A stretch of DNA of 64,000 nt, taken from Euprymna scolopes. Taxonomy: Eukaryota. Position 1 is the stretch's first letter; each line of letters opens with the position of its first letter. The DNA lies in assembly GCA_053919585.1 (NCBI GenBank), contig CM132802.1; one strand, written 5' to 3'. Positions 50,721 to 64,000 of this stretch are shown one piece after another. Below the pieces are notes generated by a model. It saw only the letters and a program-made list of their open reading frames with translations. It did no database searches and had not been told where the DNA came from. A program made the translations under genes and the position numbers.

Positions 50721-50753
<33 letters not shown>

Positions 50754-51054
50754 CAACAAGGCATTATTCAAGATCGTCTGATTGGACACGACATAGTTAT
50801 ACTTTTTTCAGATCTTTGTGGATGTCTTTTCTATTTGCGTTGCTATCTTTTTTTAATGTCAGTAGGTATGTTATACATGATTATACATACATGACACCTA
50901 AAAAAAAAAGAAGATGAAAACAAGAACAATTAATACTGCGGTTAATCGGATGCATCGGTAGTGAGCGCGTGAGTAGAAAATTGCTGAACAATAATTTTTG
51001 GGCGTCTTTTTATATTACATGCCTGCTGAAATTAAAAAGACCGCAAGACAAATG

Positions 51055-51110
<56 letters not shown>

Positions 51111-51220
51111 ACGCGCGTGCGTGTGTGTGAGTTTGTAGAAATCAATAAACCCCCAAAAAATATGACGATATAAAACCGTATATTACTATATAGAGATTCA
51201 TTAATTTATTCAATAATGGG

Positions 51221-54200
51221 GTTTTTTTACACGGTGGTCACCACTTATCAAGGCCAAGAAGCCACTCTTGGATAAGGGTTATTGCAATTACAGTACGTTA
51301 GTATGAAGATTTGATGACGTGTTTACTTAAGGGGGCGGTACATTAGGACTTTGTTTACGTTGGACTTGAATACATCCAAGTTGTAGTCAGTTTGGAAGGA
51401 GGCAGTGGAACTGTGTTCCACATACATGCAGTTCAAAGAAAGAAGCTTTGTTCATAGAATCCACGTTTTTATTTAGGCATAGATAAAAAGTGGGTGAAAT
51501 TTTTCACAGTGGATTCAGCTAGACGGGTGTTTTTCGTGAAAGATGTGCGAGGGGGGACCAGAGATTGGAATTCAGATGAGCACCTGCCATGGAAAAAACA
51601 ATACAACAAGGATAGGCTCGCAACGTCTCTTCTGTGGGAGAGAGGTTGCAGGGTAGAGAAAAGGGCATCCTCCACTAAGCCATGAAGTCTGTTTTGTACT
51701 CTGCTAAGTCAGGATAGGCTGTTTTTAGCAGCTCCTGCCCAGATATTGCAGCAGTATTCCATCGTTGGACGTACTTGGCTTTTATATAGATAGAAAATTG
51801 CATCAGTAGTGAGATATCTTCTGGAGCAGTAGAAGGATCCCACCATCTTTCCGGCGACCTTGGCAACAGACTTGATGTACGCGCTCTATTTCAGATCAGG
51901 AGTAAAGGACAAACCCAGAAGCTTGTCAAAACACGGGGCTTCTAGATAAGCGCCACCCATTTCAATTGATGCCAGATGGGGATCAGAGCGTTGATGATGT
52001 AAAGATAGGAGTTTGGTTTTAGATGCATTAAAGGTAACCAGCCACGTCTTCCCCCACTGAACCACGCGCTAGAGATCAGAGGAGAGAGAATCAGAGAGAA
52101 CTTTGCCATTTACAGCCTTTGATTTGTTGACGTAGATGAACGTGTCATCAGCATAGATGTTAACGAATGATTTAAGTATGTGTTTAGGGAGGTCATTGAT
52201 GTAGATCAGGAAGAGAGTTGGGCCCAGGATTGGCCCTTCAGGGACTCCAGTATTAATACTGAAGGTCTCTCAGAGAGAAATTATTTACTGATTGAGAAAA
52301 CATTTCCAGTTATACCGCAGCTGGAAATCTTGTGAAGTAGGCCCTTATGTCATACCTTGTCGAAGGCAGCAATTGCCCTAGAAAGGAAGCCTTTGTCAAG
52401 AGATTCTCTAATCCTGTGAGATATAACCGTTAGCACATCTGCGGTAGATCTTGCAGAACGGAAACCATAGTGTGTGACACTAAGAATATTGTTTTTGCTG
52501 AGGTGGTTTATTATTTCTCTATTTAATATGGATTCTAGCAACTTACTCATAACACACAGGAGACTTATTGGTCTGTCATTAGAGGGAGATGACTTATCAC
52601 CTGAATTCTTAAATACAGGGCATACTGATGAGGTTTTTCAGGGAGTCGGAAGGGACTTCTCCTTAAGGCAACGCTTAAACAGTTTCGTAAGTATGGGAGC
52701 AAGTTCTGATTGAAGCTTTTTTACCACTATATTTGAGATGCCGTGAGGGCCAGATGCTTTACTGGAATCAAGATTCTTGATTAGCTTGGCGACGTCCTGC
52801 ACAGATATGTATATGTTACCTAGCGTGTTCTGTGTTATAGGAGGAAATATGGGGAGTTGATGGCCTTCGTCACATAGGGTAGAATCAGCTGCAAAGTTCT
52901 TTGCCAAACTATTTGTCTGATGCTGACGAGATGACTTCTGGTCCATTGATAATTGTTTGGATAGAACCCACACTTCTGTTCAGGATTCTATTTGTCATTT
53001 GCCAAAAGTGGTAGGAACTAAGCCGCTGATCAGCTTCGTTGGATTTAACAGACTGGGCATATACCTCTCTTTCATTTTTTCTTACTCTTTTACAGTGGTT
53101 GCTGGCAGTCCTGAAAGCAGCTTTAGTCTCAGTGCATCTATTACGTTGATAGTTATGGGAAAATGATTTCTGTGCGCGATAGCAGCAGCACATTCTGGGG
53201 AGAACCATGGCTGGTTATTAGGTGTTTGTTGTAATTTTTTAGATAGTATGAATTGGTCTATACCTAGAATTAACCATTCGGTCACATCTGATACTATAGA
53301 GGACACATCCTTTTTAAACATGGAGTGCAGAGGTAAATCAGATATGAATGCACGGAAGCTATCCCAGTCAGCCATAGAGTATCGGTATACAGTACGGTGA
53401 AGGTGTACGTATGGGGACTTATTATATTTAATTTTTATCTTAACTGACACGACGTAGTGGTCGGAGGATCCTTGAGGAGAATGAACGGAACATGAACATA
53501 GCTCAGGGGAAGTTGAGAGAAAAAGGTCTAGGAGGCTTGCATATTGACAAGTAGTATCGGGCACACGGGTTGGTTCGCGAACAATCTGAGTGGGTCATAA
53601 GCAATGGCAAAATCATGACAAAACATCCCCTTACGTCTGTCTTATTTGAATGGGTCAGCCATTCGATGTTATGGACGTTGAAGTCACAACAGATGTGGAT
53701 GTTAGCCGAGGGATGTGCAGACAGGATGTGGTCTATTTTCTCAGATATACTCTTAAAGATTGTAACTCCACTGTTGTTGGGCAGATAGAGGGCAAATATA
53801 AATTCAGTGGTGTTAGCAAGTTCAACCCGAAAGCACATATAGGGTAAATTATGATCTTCTCTAGAGATATCCCTGCCACACGGGAAGCCATCTTTTATGT
53901 AGGCACATATTCCATGCCCATGGCGATCTTGGGGGTCAAATTTAGCTGTTAGGTTGTAGTATCCGTTAATTATGAACTCATCTAGGGAAGTGGTCGGCCC
54001 TATTCCAGTTTCACTTAGAAAGAATATGTCCGGTTTCGTCTGCTGTAATTGGGTTTCAACCTCTGGAAGGTTGGAACGTAGACCCCTGATGTTGGAGAAG
54101 GAGACCTGGTAGTAGAGGTCTACGTTGAAAAATGGGGTTCTAGATGTATTCGAGTTTTTTTTCTGGAGATATTTCATGTTGAGGTTTTCGGATTTGAGGA

Positions 54201-54700
54201 AAAGGTCGGCATACTTGGTTAGAGCAGTATAGACAGGAAGAGTAAGAGAGAAAAAGACTGGAAAAATGTTTGTTGTACATGAAAAGGTAAAGCCGTAACA
54301 ATTACCCACTAGTATGCCATCGAGAGGCCCCACCAGAGACTACTGCATGGTCCAGAATCCATTCACCAAATAGCAATACAGCAGTCCCAGTACTTTTCGC
54401 CTGCTGATAGGACAGCCTTCTTAATGGTTAATCCAAGATTCGGGTCCTTGACTATCAGGCAGATAACGTCAGCCCAGACAAAGCATTTACCTCCAGCACC
54501 CTTACTAGTGACATGGTCACAAGGATAGACATAGAAACAGAAAATTTCCGACATCTCAGACAACTGTTCACCAAGTACTATCGAGCTTAAAAGCAGCTTT
54601 TTCTTCGCCCTTTGTCAGAAAAATCACTCATTTGAATGAGGACTGATGGAGAAGAAAGGGGAAGCGAGAGTTACTGGAGCTGCCGATAACGCATCCACTG
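51221..54700 (-). mobile_element. Near full-length CR1/Zenon-like LINE (APE + RT), disrupted
   Basis: FSNIRGLRSN...FLSET, DFNVH, LDLFL...SSDH (APE); [52 protein letters not shown] (RT); C-terminal EYCC.IWAGA / LQPLSHRRDVASLSLLY typical of Zenon-like CR1; frameshifts present. Confidence 0.92.
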
Positions 54701-57290
54701 TATTATCTACTCTCCATTAAAAAAGGGGGGGATGGGTACAAGTGACTAATTAATATCTAAGTATTAAAGTCTGGTGCTAAAATATCAATTCAGGAGACTT
54801 TTGATGATAATCTCCCCTCCCATAATATGGGTGGAATATTTTGGCGTTATCTATCTTGAGTTTTAATCATTGGAGCTTCAACTTTCAGCTTTTAGCTTTT
54901 ATCAATTTGTAAAGTCGGCTTAATATTAATTTACATTTGAGTTTAGATAATTATTCAAGGATTTAATTTAGGAGGTTCGTTTTCATAGGTGACTTTTTTC
55001 TTTGCTAATTACACTGCATTATATTTCGAATATAATTGAAAATAAGACTAACTATATTAGATGTTTGATGGGCTAGCTAGGAAGCAAGCATTTCCAATAT
55101 AAGCAAGCTTGCAGTAGTATTATATATTAAGTATATTACTTAAATAAATTCCTAACTTTATCTATTGTAATAGAGAAAATAATTCCCGGCCTTTTCTTTT
55201 TTTTATCGCTAGTTTATTTGTAGTATATGTGAGCAGTATTTTGCCCGTTTCAATAGTAGTCGCGAAGGGGAATGGGATCCCGCTTGAAAATGTTATATAT
55301 CTAAACTAATAGGAGCAGTATATGAGTTCATAGTTAATGTAAAATTGAAAGCCTTTCACCATGATCTTAAATTTAGTTAAAAGTAATCTCTAAATTATTT
55401 CCGACTAGTAGGTCCGCACCTCTCAGAAAGCCAACACCACTTCACCCCGGTTTAATAATATATCCCAACCGAAAAAGCAGGGAAGATCGGTAGCCTATAA
55501 TTACGGTTTAAAATTAATCAATTTCTATTAGGCCAATACGCAGCTAGAGGAATTTGAAAGCAACTTAATAAAACTATTGAAAAAAAATAAAATTGAAAGA
55601 ACGTAAGAAGAACTCAAAACCAATAGTTAAAAAAATTAAATGACTTCGCAGGTAAGGTTAAAACCAAAAACAAGTCTTTTGTAGCTGCTGATATACTAAA
55701 ATCTATTACACACCGAATTACCAAATATGTAAACTAAACAAAGTATTTAAATTTAGAACCCGTTGAATCAGCACACACCATCGATGGCAAAGCAAAATTT
55801 TGATAATCACAAAAGAATTCTAACCCTTGCACTCTGACATTTTCTTTGTAGCATCGTGCACCTTACTTTAGAAGTAACCTATTTATCAGAATTATCAGCT
55901 CTACCTCGGGCAAAATAAGTAAAAAAATCACTCGAGAATGAAGACGAACATATTCTGTCTAAGACAATGTTATAGAGTTGTTCCTTAATCTAAAACACAA
56001 TTCTATGTTAAGCTTCATAACATTTGACAAATATAAATAAATTTTACCATAAGATACTCATTCTAGCAAAAAAACAATTCAGACCTCTCTGAATCAGAAA
56101 TTAGGCATATGTTACTTGCCAGAAAAAGAAACACTAATACAATTTGATAACTAACTTAGGACAAGAAAAGACACTCCAAACTACGTTGACATAGTAATTA
56201 TCCGTTTCGCATGAAATTAAGTAAATCTAACTATTTCTTGTTTCCTTATGTTTTTATTCTTCTCAAGTTTCTATATTAATACTTTACATTACCAGGAATA
56301 TTGTATTAATAATTTTCCCCACTTAAAATATAATCATAAACAACGAAATACTCTATTCACCTCGTTAAATGATAAACGGTTGCTATAGTAAGAGAAGACC
56401 GCTTAAAAAATATTGGAATTAAGTTAGAAGACAGTAGAACTTATTTAAGTATGATACTTATTATCTTGCAAACCATGCGAGTGCGCTTATGAGCCTGGTC
56501 TGAACCGTGACTCATAACTTTCCTTTTCTAATCTGATTGCCCGGTAGAACTTGTAAATTTGCTAGGTAACTTATCTGCGAGTCAATGACTGTAAATAGTT
56601 TTTTTTAACACATTGTGCTGAAACACTGGAGTAATTCCAATATGTGAGAATTACTCGAGTCGGCCTTTGTCTGGCCTTTATCCCTTACTAGATCAACGAG
56701 CATCAATTTCCCTGTGAATGTTTCTTCCAGAAGAGCAAATTTTTGTTTCCATACTAACTTTATTTACTTGACTGGCCTAGACTATTTTAAAACTGATGCT
56801 AATGTACTTGAATCTATGTTTTCAATTTTTATCTTCTACAGTACAAAACTAACTAATATAAACATTTCCATAAGTATATAAGACCCCTCAATGTTGACGA
56901 CAAGCTGGAAAAACTGAAACCTAACTGAATACAACGTGTAATCGCAACTTTCGTGGTAAACGAACATCTTTTGGGAAGCAATTATTAATATAAAATACAA
57001 AGTCATTGCTAATTTACCAAACCTATTGCCTTGCTCTTATTTACTTATACTGATTTCCTCTGTTTAGAAATAATAATATATCATTCAATGACTAAGTGTA
57101 ATGTTTAAATATAAGGCCTATACTGGCCACATATTTATTGCTACTGAGTTATTCTACTAAAATAAATAGCTCAAATATTATTTCTAAATGTCTGCTTAAA
57201 AGGGATAATACTTTCCTCACAGCCCCCTTCCCGTGTCTGCTATGCATGACAACGTTACAATCCGTACACCTTGAAAACCACACCTTATCC

Positions 57291-57327
<37 letters not shown>

Positions 57328-57543
57328 TTAATTCTGTATTCTTGTAAGTATATCATCTCTCCTCTTTTGTTTCAATAGGCGATAAAAGCAATTGCTCTTC
57401 TCCCCAAACTAATGCAAAATCACATACTTTGTACGTACATTGTTATTTTTTTATAGCTTTCGATCCTAAACAATAGGAGACTGACCTTTTAAAAATCGGA
57501 AAATACTAAACATCTATAGAATTCTATTGCTACCACTAAAATA

Positions 57544-57597
<54 letters not shown>

Positions 57598-57829
57598 CGA
57601 AAATCTAGATACCTAGTAGTCACAGTTTGTGCACAGACAGTAAGGGGTCTATATTAACACTACATTTCTTTCACTTACATGGGAAACATAAGGTGATCAA
57701 CTTTACATAAAAACTAACACCTAATCGCAATTCGAAACACACCCTAACCGTCATACTTTTCCAATTATGAACTAATACAAAAACCATATTTGATCTTTTT
57801 TTCCTAGTAGAAATTAATTTCAAATCTAC

Positions 57830-60610
57830 AACCCATACTCATACATAACTCCTTTCCAAACGTAACCACATCTTCCAGTTTTGAGGAGTGTAACTTCAAA
57901 GCAGATACTGATTCTTTGATACAAACTCTATTAATCCTAACTATCCATCCGGGGGCATAGGAATACTTGGCCTTGAAACCAAGCGCAGGGAAAATCTTCT
58001 CGGTGCTGATGGACCCGTAGATCTGATCAGGTAATCCATTTAGTAGAAGGAAAACTCCGATTTGTAAACCTGTGTCACTGTCCTCATACATCTTGGCACC
58101 AAATGGAGGAGGCAGGCCTCCTCATTCCTGGACGACAACCTTCCTAGAGCTGGGGATTTGATCAAATGACAGGTTTGCAAACCTACTATAATCAATCATA
58201 TCTGTGACAGCATAGATGTTGCACGCTCTCTTGACACTAGCGCCCAAATACATGTATTTGGTGACTTTAACGCTCACCACAGAAATTGGCTTGGATTCTC
58301 TAACTACATTGACACAGCTAGTAGCGTCATCAATAACTTTGCTATATCCCATTCCCTGAAACAGAGAGTAACATTCACAACCCATCTCCCAGATCGCCAG
58401 GACCAGCAAGTCTCACTTCTGGATCTATTTCTGTCAACTGTTCCTGATGATTGTGTAACAAATGTCCATTGCCCACTCGGGAATGCTCATCATGCTGTAA
58501 TAAAAAAAATAGACATTACTCTAAACTCTCGACCACAAGTTGAAGATCCATTGCTCAAAACAACAAGGTGCTACAATTAGAGATCACATCAGAGACGCCC
58601 CATGAGGAAATATATTTTCTCTTTCAGCAGAACAGAACAAATGAGACTACGGTTCAAAGCAGCAGTTGAGGCATATGTTCCTACACGGAAGCTCTATTGT
58701 AAACCCCACTCTCCTCAATGGTTTACTTCTACATGCGCAGCTGCCATTGCTAAGACACAACATGCATACTGTCCATTTATCACGCATAAGTCCTGTACAA
58801 ACAGACAAATGTATATAGAAGCTAGAAATAATTGCGAGAAAAAAGTAGCAACATCTGAGATTAAATACACTGAAACCACCAGGAAACGCATCGAAGCGCA
58901 ACAATTAGGAACTCGTGATTTTTGGAAAACCTAAACAGTGTTGTCAATAATGGGCAGTCGACAATACTCCCACTATCAAACAATCACGATTTTGTTTGCG
59001 CAGCAACTGAAAAAGCTAACATTCTTGTCCGTCAGTTTGCCTCAAATTCTACCATGGACCCAGCAAGTCATTCCCTCCCTGCTTTTGCTCTGCGGATAGA
59101 CACCACGCTAGATGATCTAAAGAGAACGCCCACCCAAGTACATGATATTATAATAAACCTAGACACCTCAAAAGCGTGTGGACCTGACCTCATCCCAGCT
59201 GTGCTATTAAAAAATGCTCTGCTGAGTTCGCTCCTGTTCTCTCTAAACTCTTTAGCAAATGCTTAAACGAATCTTGCTTCTGAGGTACCAGTTTACAAAA
59301 ACTCTGGTTAAAGAACAAACCTATTAAATTATCGGCAAATATGCCTCCGCCCTCTTTTCGCCAAAATATTTGAGTCCTTAATTGATCAAGTTCTAGCTGC
59401 TAAACTTATGTCAGACCACCAATATGGATTTAGGCAAGCCCGTTCTACTGCGGATATTTTAACTGAACGTTTATACCAAGCAATGGATGAGGCAGGGGAG
59501 GGGAGGGCAGTACCCTTAAACATATCTAAAGCTTTTGCAGGGTATGGAACGATGGTCTTCTCATGAAAATAAAATTCTATGGTTTTACTGCACGAATGAT
59601 TAGCATAATTAGATCCTTCTTAAATGAGAGAAACATCCAGGCTGTCATCGATAGGCGTGCGTCATAAAATTGATATAAATGCGGGTGGACCTCAGTGAGC
59701 GATTCTTGGAGCTTTATTATTTCTGATATTCGGAAATGACTTACCTGATAACATTGAGATGGGTATATTTGCTCATTACACCACGCTCTATAGCAGGCAC
59801 GTGGGGAAAACTAATGAGCACATATCTTAGGCAATAGCTGAAACTATAGTTTCCTTTAATAATTACAAAAAACCCTTACCAAGCACCAATAGCTATAGAT
59901 AGAGATATTTTACATGAGAGCGCCTCGTTCAAGCTCCTTGGCTTTACCTTCACAGGAAATGTGAGTTTGAATAGATACATTGAGATAATTGCTAAGACTG
60001 CTGAAAAGAAGGTGGACTCTCTCTATCGTGCTAGGAAGTTAATTAGGCGTGAAATTTTCCTGCACCTCTACAAAGCCACCATTCTCCCATGTATAGGGAA
60101 CTTCTGTCACATTTGGGTTGGTGCATCTGCTACTAGTCTCTCACTCCTGGGCAGTGTCTAAAAGAGAGTCGCCAACCTAATAGGGCCTGAATTGTCATCT
60201 AAACTTTACTCCTTGTTCCACCGACGAATGTTGCATCCCTCTGCCTTTTTTACAAATATTTTAATGGTAGATGTTCTGACGAACTACAAGCACTTGCACC
60301 TCCTCGACGAAAATTCCCCTGACAATCCCGACAAGCAGCAAAGCCATAAAACTACAGAGTTGATATCTCTAGATGTAAGAAAACCTTTTACTCTAATAGC
60401 TTCTTTCCCAGAACGGCATGACTTTGAGATTCTCATTCGCTTTCCTACATCCCCAACGGTACTGGGATGCAGAAGTGTAATGTGAACAGACATCTTGCTG
60501 CTAACCTCCCTACATAGTATCCTTGGAACTTAGATCCCTGATAGTAGTCCCCTACATCAGAGTGGCAATATGCCTCGTTTTGGGTGAAAATGTAATAACC
60601 CCCCAAAAAA
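57830..60610 (+). mobile_element. Decayed CR1/Zenon-like LINE (second subfamily)
   Basis: GDFNAHH, LLDLF, PQWFTSTCAAAI, LDTSKACGPDLIP, QYGFRQARSTAD, LYKATILPCI..FCHIW.GA; ends CCCCAAAAAA. Confidence 0.88.
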
Positions 60611-61935
60611 TTGATGCGTCGGACTCATCCCAGGTGGATGATTTGGTCGGGCATTTCCTATAAAATGAGCTTAAATGTAGATTTAAGAATAGCGACTCAC
60701 AGTGTGTGCCTCTATAGGGGTGGATGCCCTATTAGTGTCTAGAGTAAGTCACAGGCTGTATAATAGATCCATTATTAAATTAAAATATTTTTGTAGCTAT
60801 GGATTAGCATTACAATAGAAAATGAAAAAAAATACTTCAAACCTCCTAGATGTAACCCTAAACCTTAATGAAGAATGACGCTTCCCTTACCATAAGCACC
60901 AATATATCATAAATTTTACAATTGCCTTGATTTGTCATCAAAGCAATCCGGGAATCAGTTTCGAACAAGATCTCAAACCTACCAAATATATAAAACTATT
61001 TAACTTTTACAACACTGCTCTTCCTAACTCACAATACACCAACAAAATAATGTACAATAAAATGACAGTAATAACCATGCAAACAACCAACGCATAATTA
61101 CTATAATAGGACCAAATGCAAATATCGACAAAAATAGTATAATTCGAAATCATAATTAGCACAAGCAAAATAAGCATATAAACAAAAAAATAAACAGTGA
61201 CCCCCTCCCTCCGATATAAACTTAAATGAAGATAAAAATTTGGTTTACCCAACCCTATAAGAATAGAGGTAAAACCAATATTCTAACGAATTCTTCAAAA
61301 TAATAGAAAACTCATTTAAACACCCTCATCGACACAGCACGATTCTAAATTAACAAAATTATAAAAATCTCCTGCTCGATTATGCTTCATCTAGAGCAAC
61401 CAATGACAAAACTGATAATAAAAAAATAATAGCACAAAAAATATTAGCATAACCTTAAACCCAGCTTAAACTAACTGTAATTGCAATGCCCCATAAAACT
61501 GACCACTGGAGAATGGATGTACGCACTACGACCTCAGATACTCATGTACGATTACAGAAATTTCCCTCACCACAGGAGAAAATCTCTTGAGGGGTCAAAC
61601 CAAAATAGCTAGAACAACACACACTTATATTCATAACTTAACAAAAAATGACACATTTACCGAACAACCAGTTCTGCTAACAGAAGAAATAGATACTAAA
61701 TGACGCAATGAACATGCTTCGAAGAATCTGGACTATACTTAACGCCCCGGAAATTCCTAAATATATCGCACTTCAATCAAAAAATATATACATACATACA
61801 TACATACAAACTCGCAAACATACATATATACATACGTCCATACATGCATGCACGCATACATACATCAGACTATCCTCCTTCGTGATAAAAAATAGATATA
61901 TAACAACCTAATGTCCTCTCTTACTTAGTAAACAC

Positions 61936-63130
61936 TTTTTTTACATACGCATCGTCACTTATTAAGGTCAAGAGGCAACTGAAGGATAAGGGTTAAAGAG
62001 TGTACAGTAGACATTGGACAATATAGTAATCATTAGTAATGAAAATTTGGTAAATTTGATAACTTATATAGAACGGCTCATCAAGAACTTATTTACGTTA
62101 GACTTGAACACAACCATATTGTAGTCAGCCGGAAAGCAGGAAAACGGAAGACAATTCCACAGGCGTGCAGTTCTAAGAAAGAAGCTTTGTTCATGGAATC
62201 TACGTTTAGGTTTAGGCATAGATAAAGAGTGGGGGGAATTATTGATAGTGTGTACAGCTAGACGAGTGTTTCTTGTGAAAGTTTGGCGAGGGGGGACCAT
62301 AGATTGAAGCTCAGTTGAATATCTTCAATGAAAATAACAATACATCAGAGACAAACTCGCAACATTTCTTCTGTGAGATAGAGGTTGCAAGGAGGAGAAA
62401 AGGACATCTCCTACAAGGCTACGAAGTCTATTTTAAACTCTATCAAGGCAGGACAAGTCCTTTCTAGCAGCTCCTGCCCAGATGTGGCAACAATATTCCA
62501 TCCTTGGACTACCTGGCTCTTATATAGATAGAGAATAGCATCGGCAGTGAGATATTTACCGTATCGATAGAAAGATCACACCATTCTTTCAGCGGCCTTG
62601 GCAACAGATTTAATGTACGTGTTCACTTTAAGATCAGGAGTAAAGATCAAGCCCAGAAGCTTGTCAAAACTTGAGGCCTCCTGAAGACGAGAGCCATTCA
62701 TTTCAATTGATGCACGATGTGGATCAGAATGTTGATGATGTAAAGAGAGAAACTTGGTTTTAGATGCATTAAAAGTAACCAGCCACTCCTTTCCCCATTG
62801 TACTACATGCTCAAGATCAGAGGAGAGAGAATTGGAGAGAACTTGGTCATTTACTGTATTAAATGTGCTACGATAAATGGTAGTGTCGTCAGCATAAATG
62901 TCTACAAATTATGTAAGGATGTAATTTGGAAGATCATTAATGTAGATCAGGAAAAGAGTTGGGCCCAGAATGGACCCATGAGGGACACCGGCATTAATAC
63001 TGTGAGCTTCTGATTTTTGCTCCTCAACTACTACTCGTATGAACCTATTAAAAAGAAATGATTTAATAATTTCCAGCTATACCATAGCTAGAGATCTTAT
63101 GAAGTAAACCTTTATGCCATACCCTATCAA
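61936..63130 (-). mobile_element. 5'-truncated CR1/Zenon-like LINE
   Basis: Colinear with 51221-52370 ([30 protein letters not shown]); poly(T) at 61936. Confidence 0.9.
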
Positions 63131-64000
63131 ACCTTAAAGAAAATAACATTAACTTCTCGTAGAAATAGAAAATACTTAGAAAGGCTAGATCGTAGAGCCC
63201 AGATTACAAAATCCTGCCTCCTCTGCAACGCAGAAGCTACAGCGATTATAACAGCCCCAGAAAATAAAATATTATTAATTCTAGATCAGAAATAATATTC
63301 TGTTGCAGGCACAAAACAAAATTTAAATATGGGAACACTCTACACTTTTCCGATAAACTTTCTCCAAAGCAGGACTAATATTTCTAACACCTTAGATCAA
63401 TCATCTGACATAAACCCTACCTGCTTCCCTAATGAGAGGTTTCTTATTGTGATAAACTTACCCCTTTCACAGTCCAAGTCTAACAATATCTGACAAGGGA
63501 ACACAGTTATGTTTAGTTATTTTTGCCAGAGTAACATTGCACATCTATATAACCTCTCCTTTATCTATTATCCCACTAAATCTCTCCCATTTACGTTCTT
63601 AATCAACACATTTATGTTAACAATAGAATAGAAATATAACTAAACTATTCTCCTTTGTCCTTATTTACTTATCCACCAACCAAGCTATCCATACATAAGT
63701 TAATAATAATAGTAACGGAACATCATCATAAATACTGTATATACTCATCTTCGACTATCAATTTCTCCTCAATACGTCTCACAGATAATTTGGATTCTTA
63801 CCCATTTTCCTCTTAAGTTAAAGCCTACATTTTAAATTTATCAGTATCTACCGTTCGCTGCTTTTCAATACAATCTGAATACCTGAAAAATCACGCTGAC
63901 TTTTCCCTCTAAAATAAAACATTCTTATTAAAAAACTCTATAATAGGCATCTCTTTATAAAAATTTTAACATTAAATATAAACCAAATTGACCCATTCTA

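Larger units (their letters stand above)
55500..63400 (+). mobile_element. Old Penelope-like element fragmented by later insertions
   Basis: Colinear decayed motifs: LEEFESNLIKL and FVAAD (55.55-55.7 kb), SDSSQVDDLVGHFL (60619), NLLDVTLNL...PYHK (60.84-60.9 kb), WF..PY (61241), CNC...PL (61.48 kb), CLLCNAE...NSRSEI..CRHK (63.21-63.32 kb). Confidence 0.6.

Overview
AT-rich eukaryotic (animal-type) genomic DNA made up almost entirely of transposable-element remnants and microsatellites, from a fragmented assembly. N-gaps lie at 1698-1831, 7720-7863, 8860-9054, 19039-19170, 20706-20833, 23562-23795, 26675-26854, 35120-35295, 38742-38903, 42127-42288, 42773-42952 and 47998-48135. I could not support any intact host protein-coding gene, and most ORF-track entries are microsatellite or N artefacts. 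Recognisable content: CR1/Zenon-like LINEs (one near full length at 51.2-54.7 kb), three Penelope-like elements (PLEs) plus a miniature PLE-type unit, RTE fragments, mariner and DD41D-like Tc1/mariner remnants and MITEs, three families of non-autonomous Helitrons, and 5S-rRNA-derived repeats. The most notable observations are: (i) a decayed autonomous Helitron/Helentron-type element whose ORF carries a USP (peptidase C19) deubiquitinase domain upstream of DUF6570/Rep; (ii) two distinct type I hammerhead ribozyme families in PLE 3' ends, one with a greatly extended stem II and one in a ~130-bp minimal unit with an inverted tail; (iii) a PLE GIY-YIG nuclease with a 60-aa insertion between GIY and YIG. 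All calls come from reading and translating by eye, and no database search was run. Boundaries of decayed elements are approximate.
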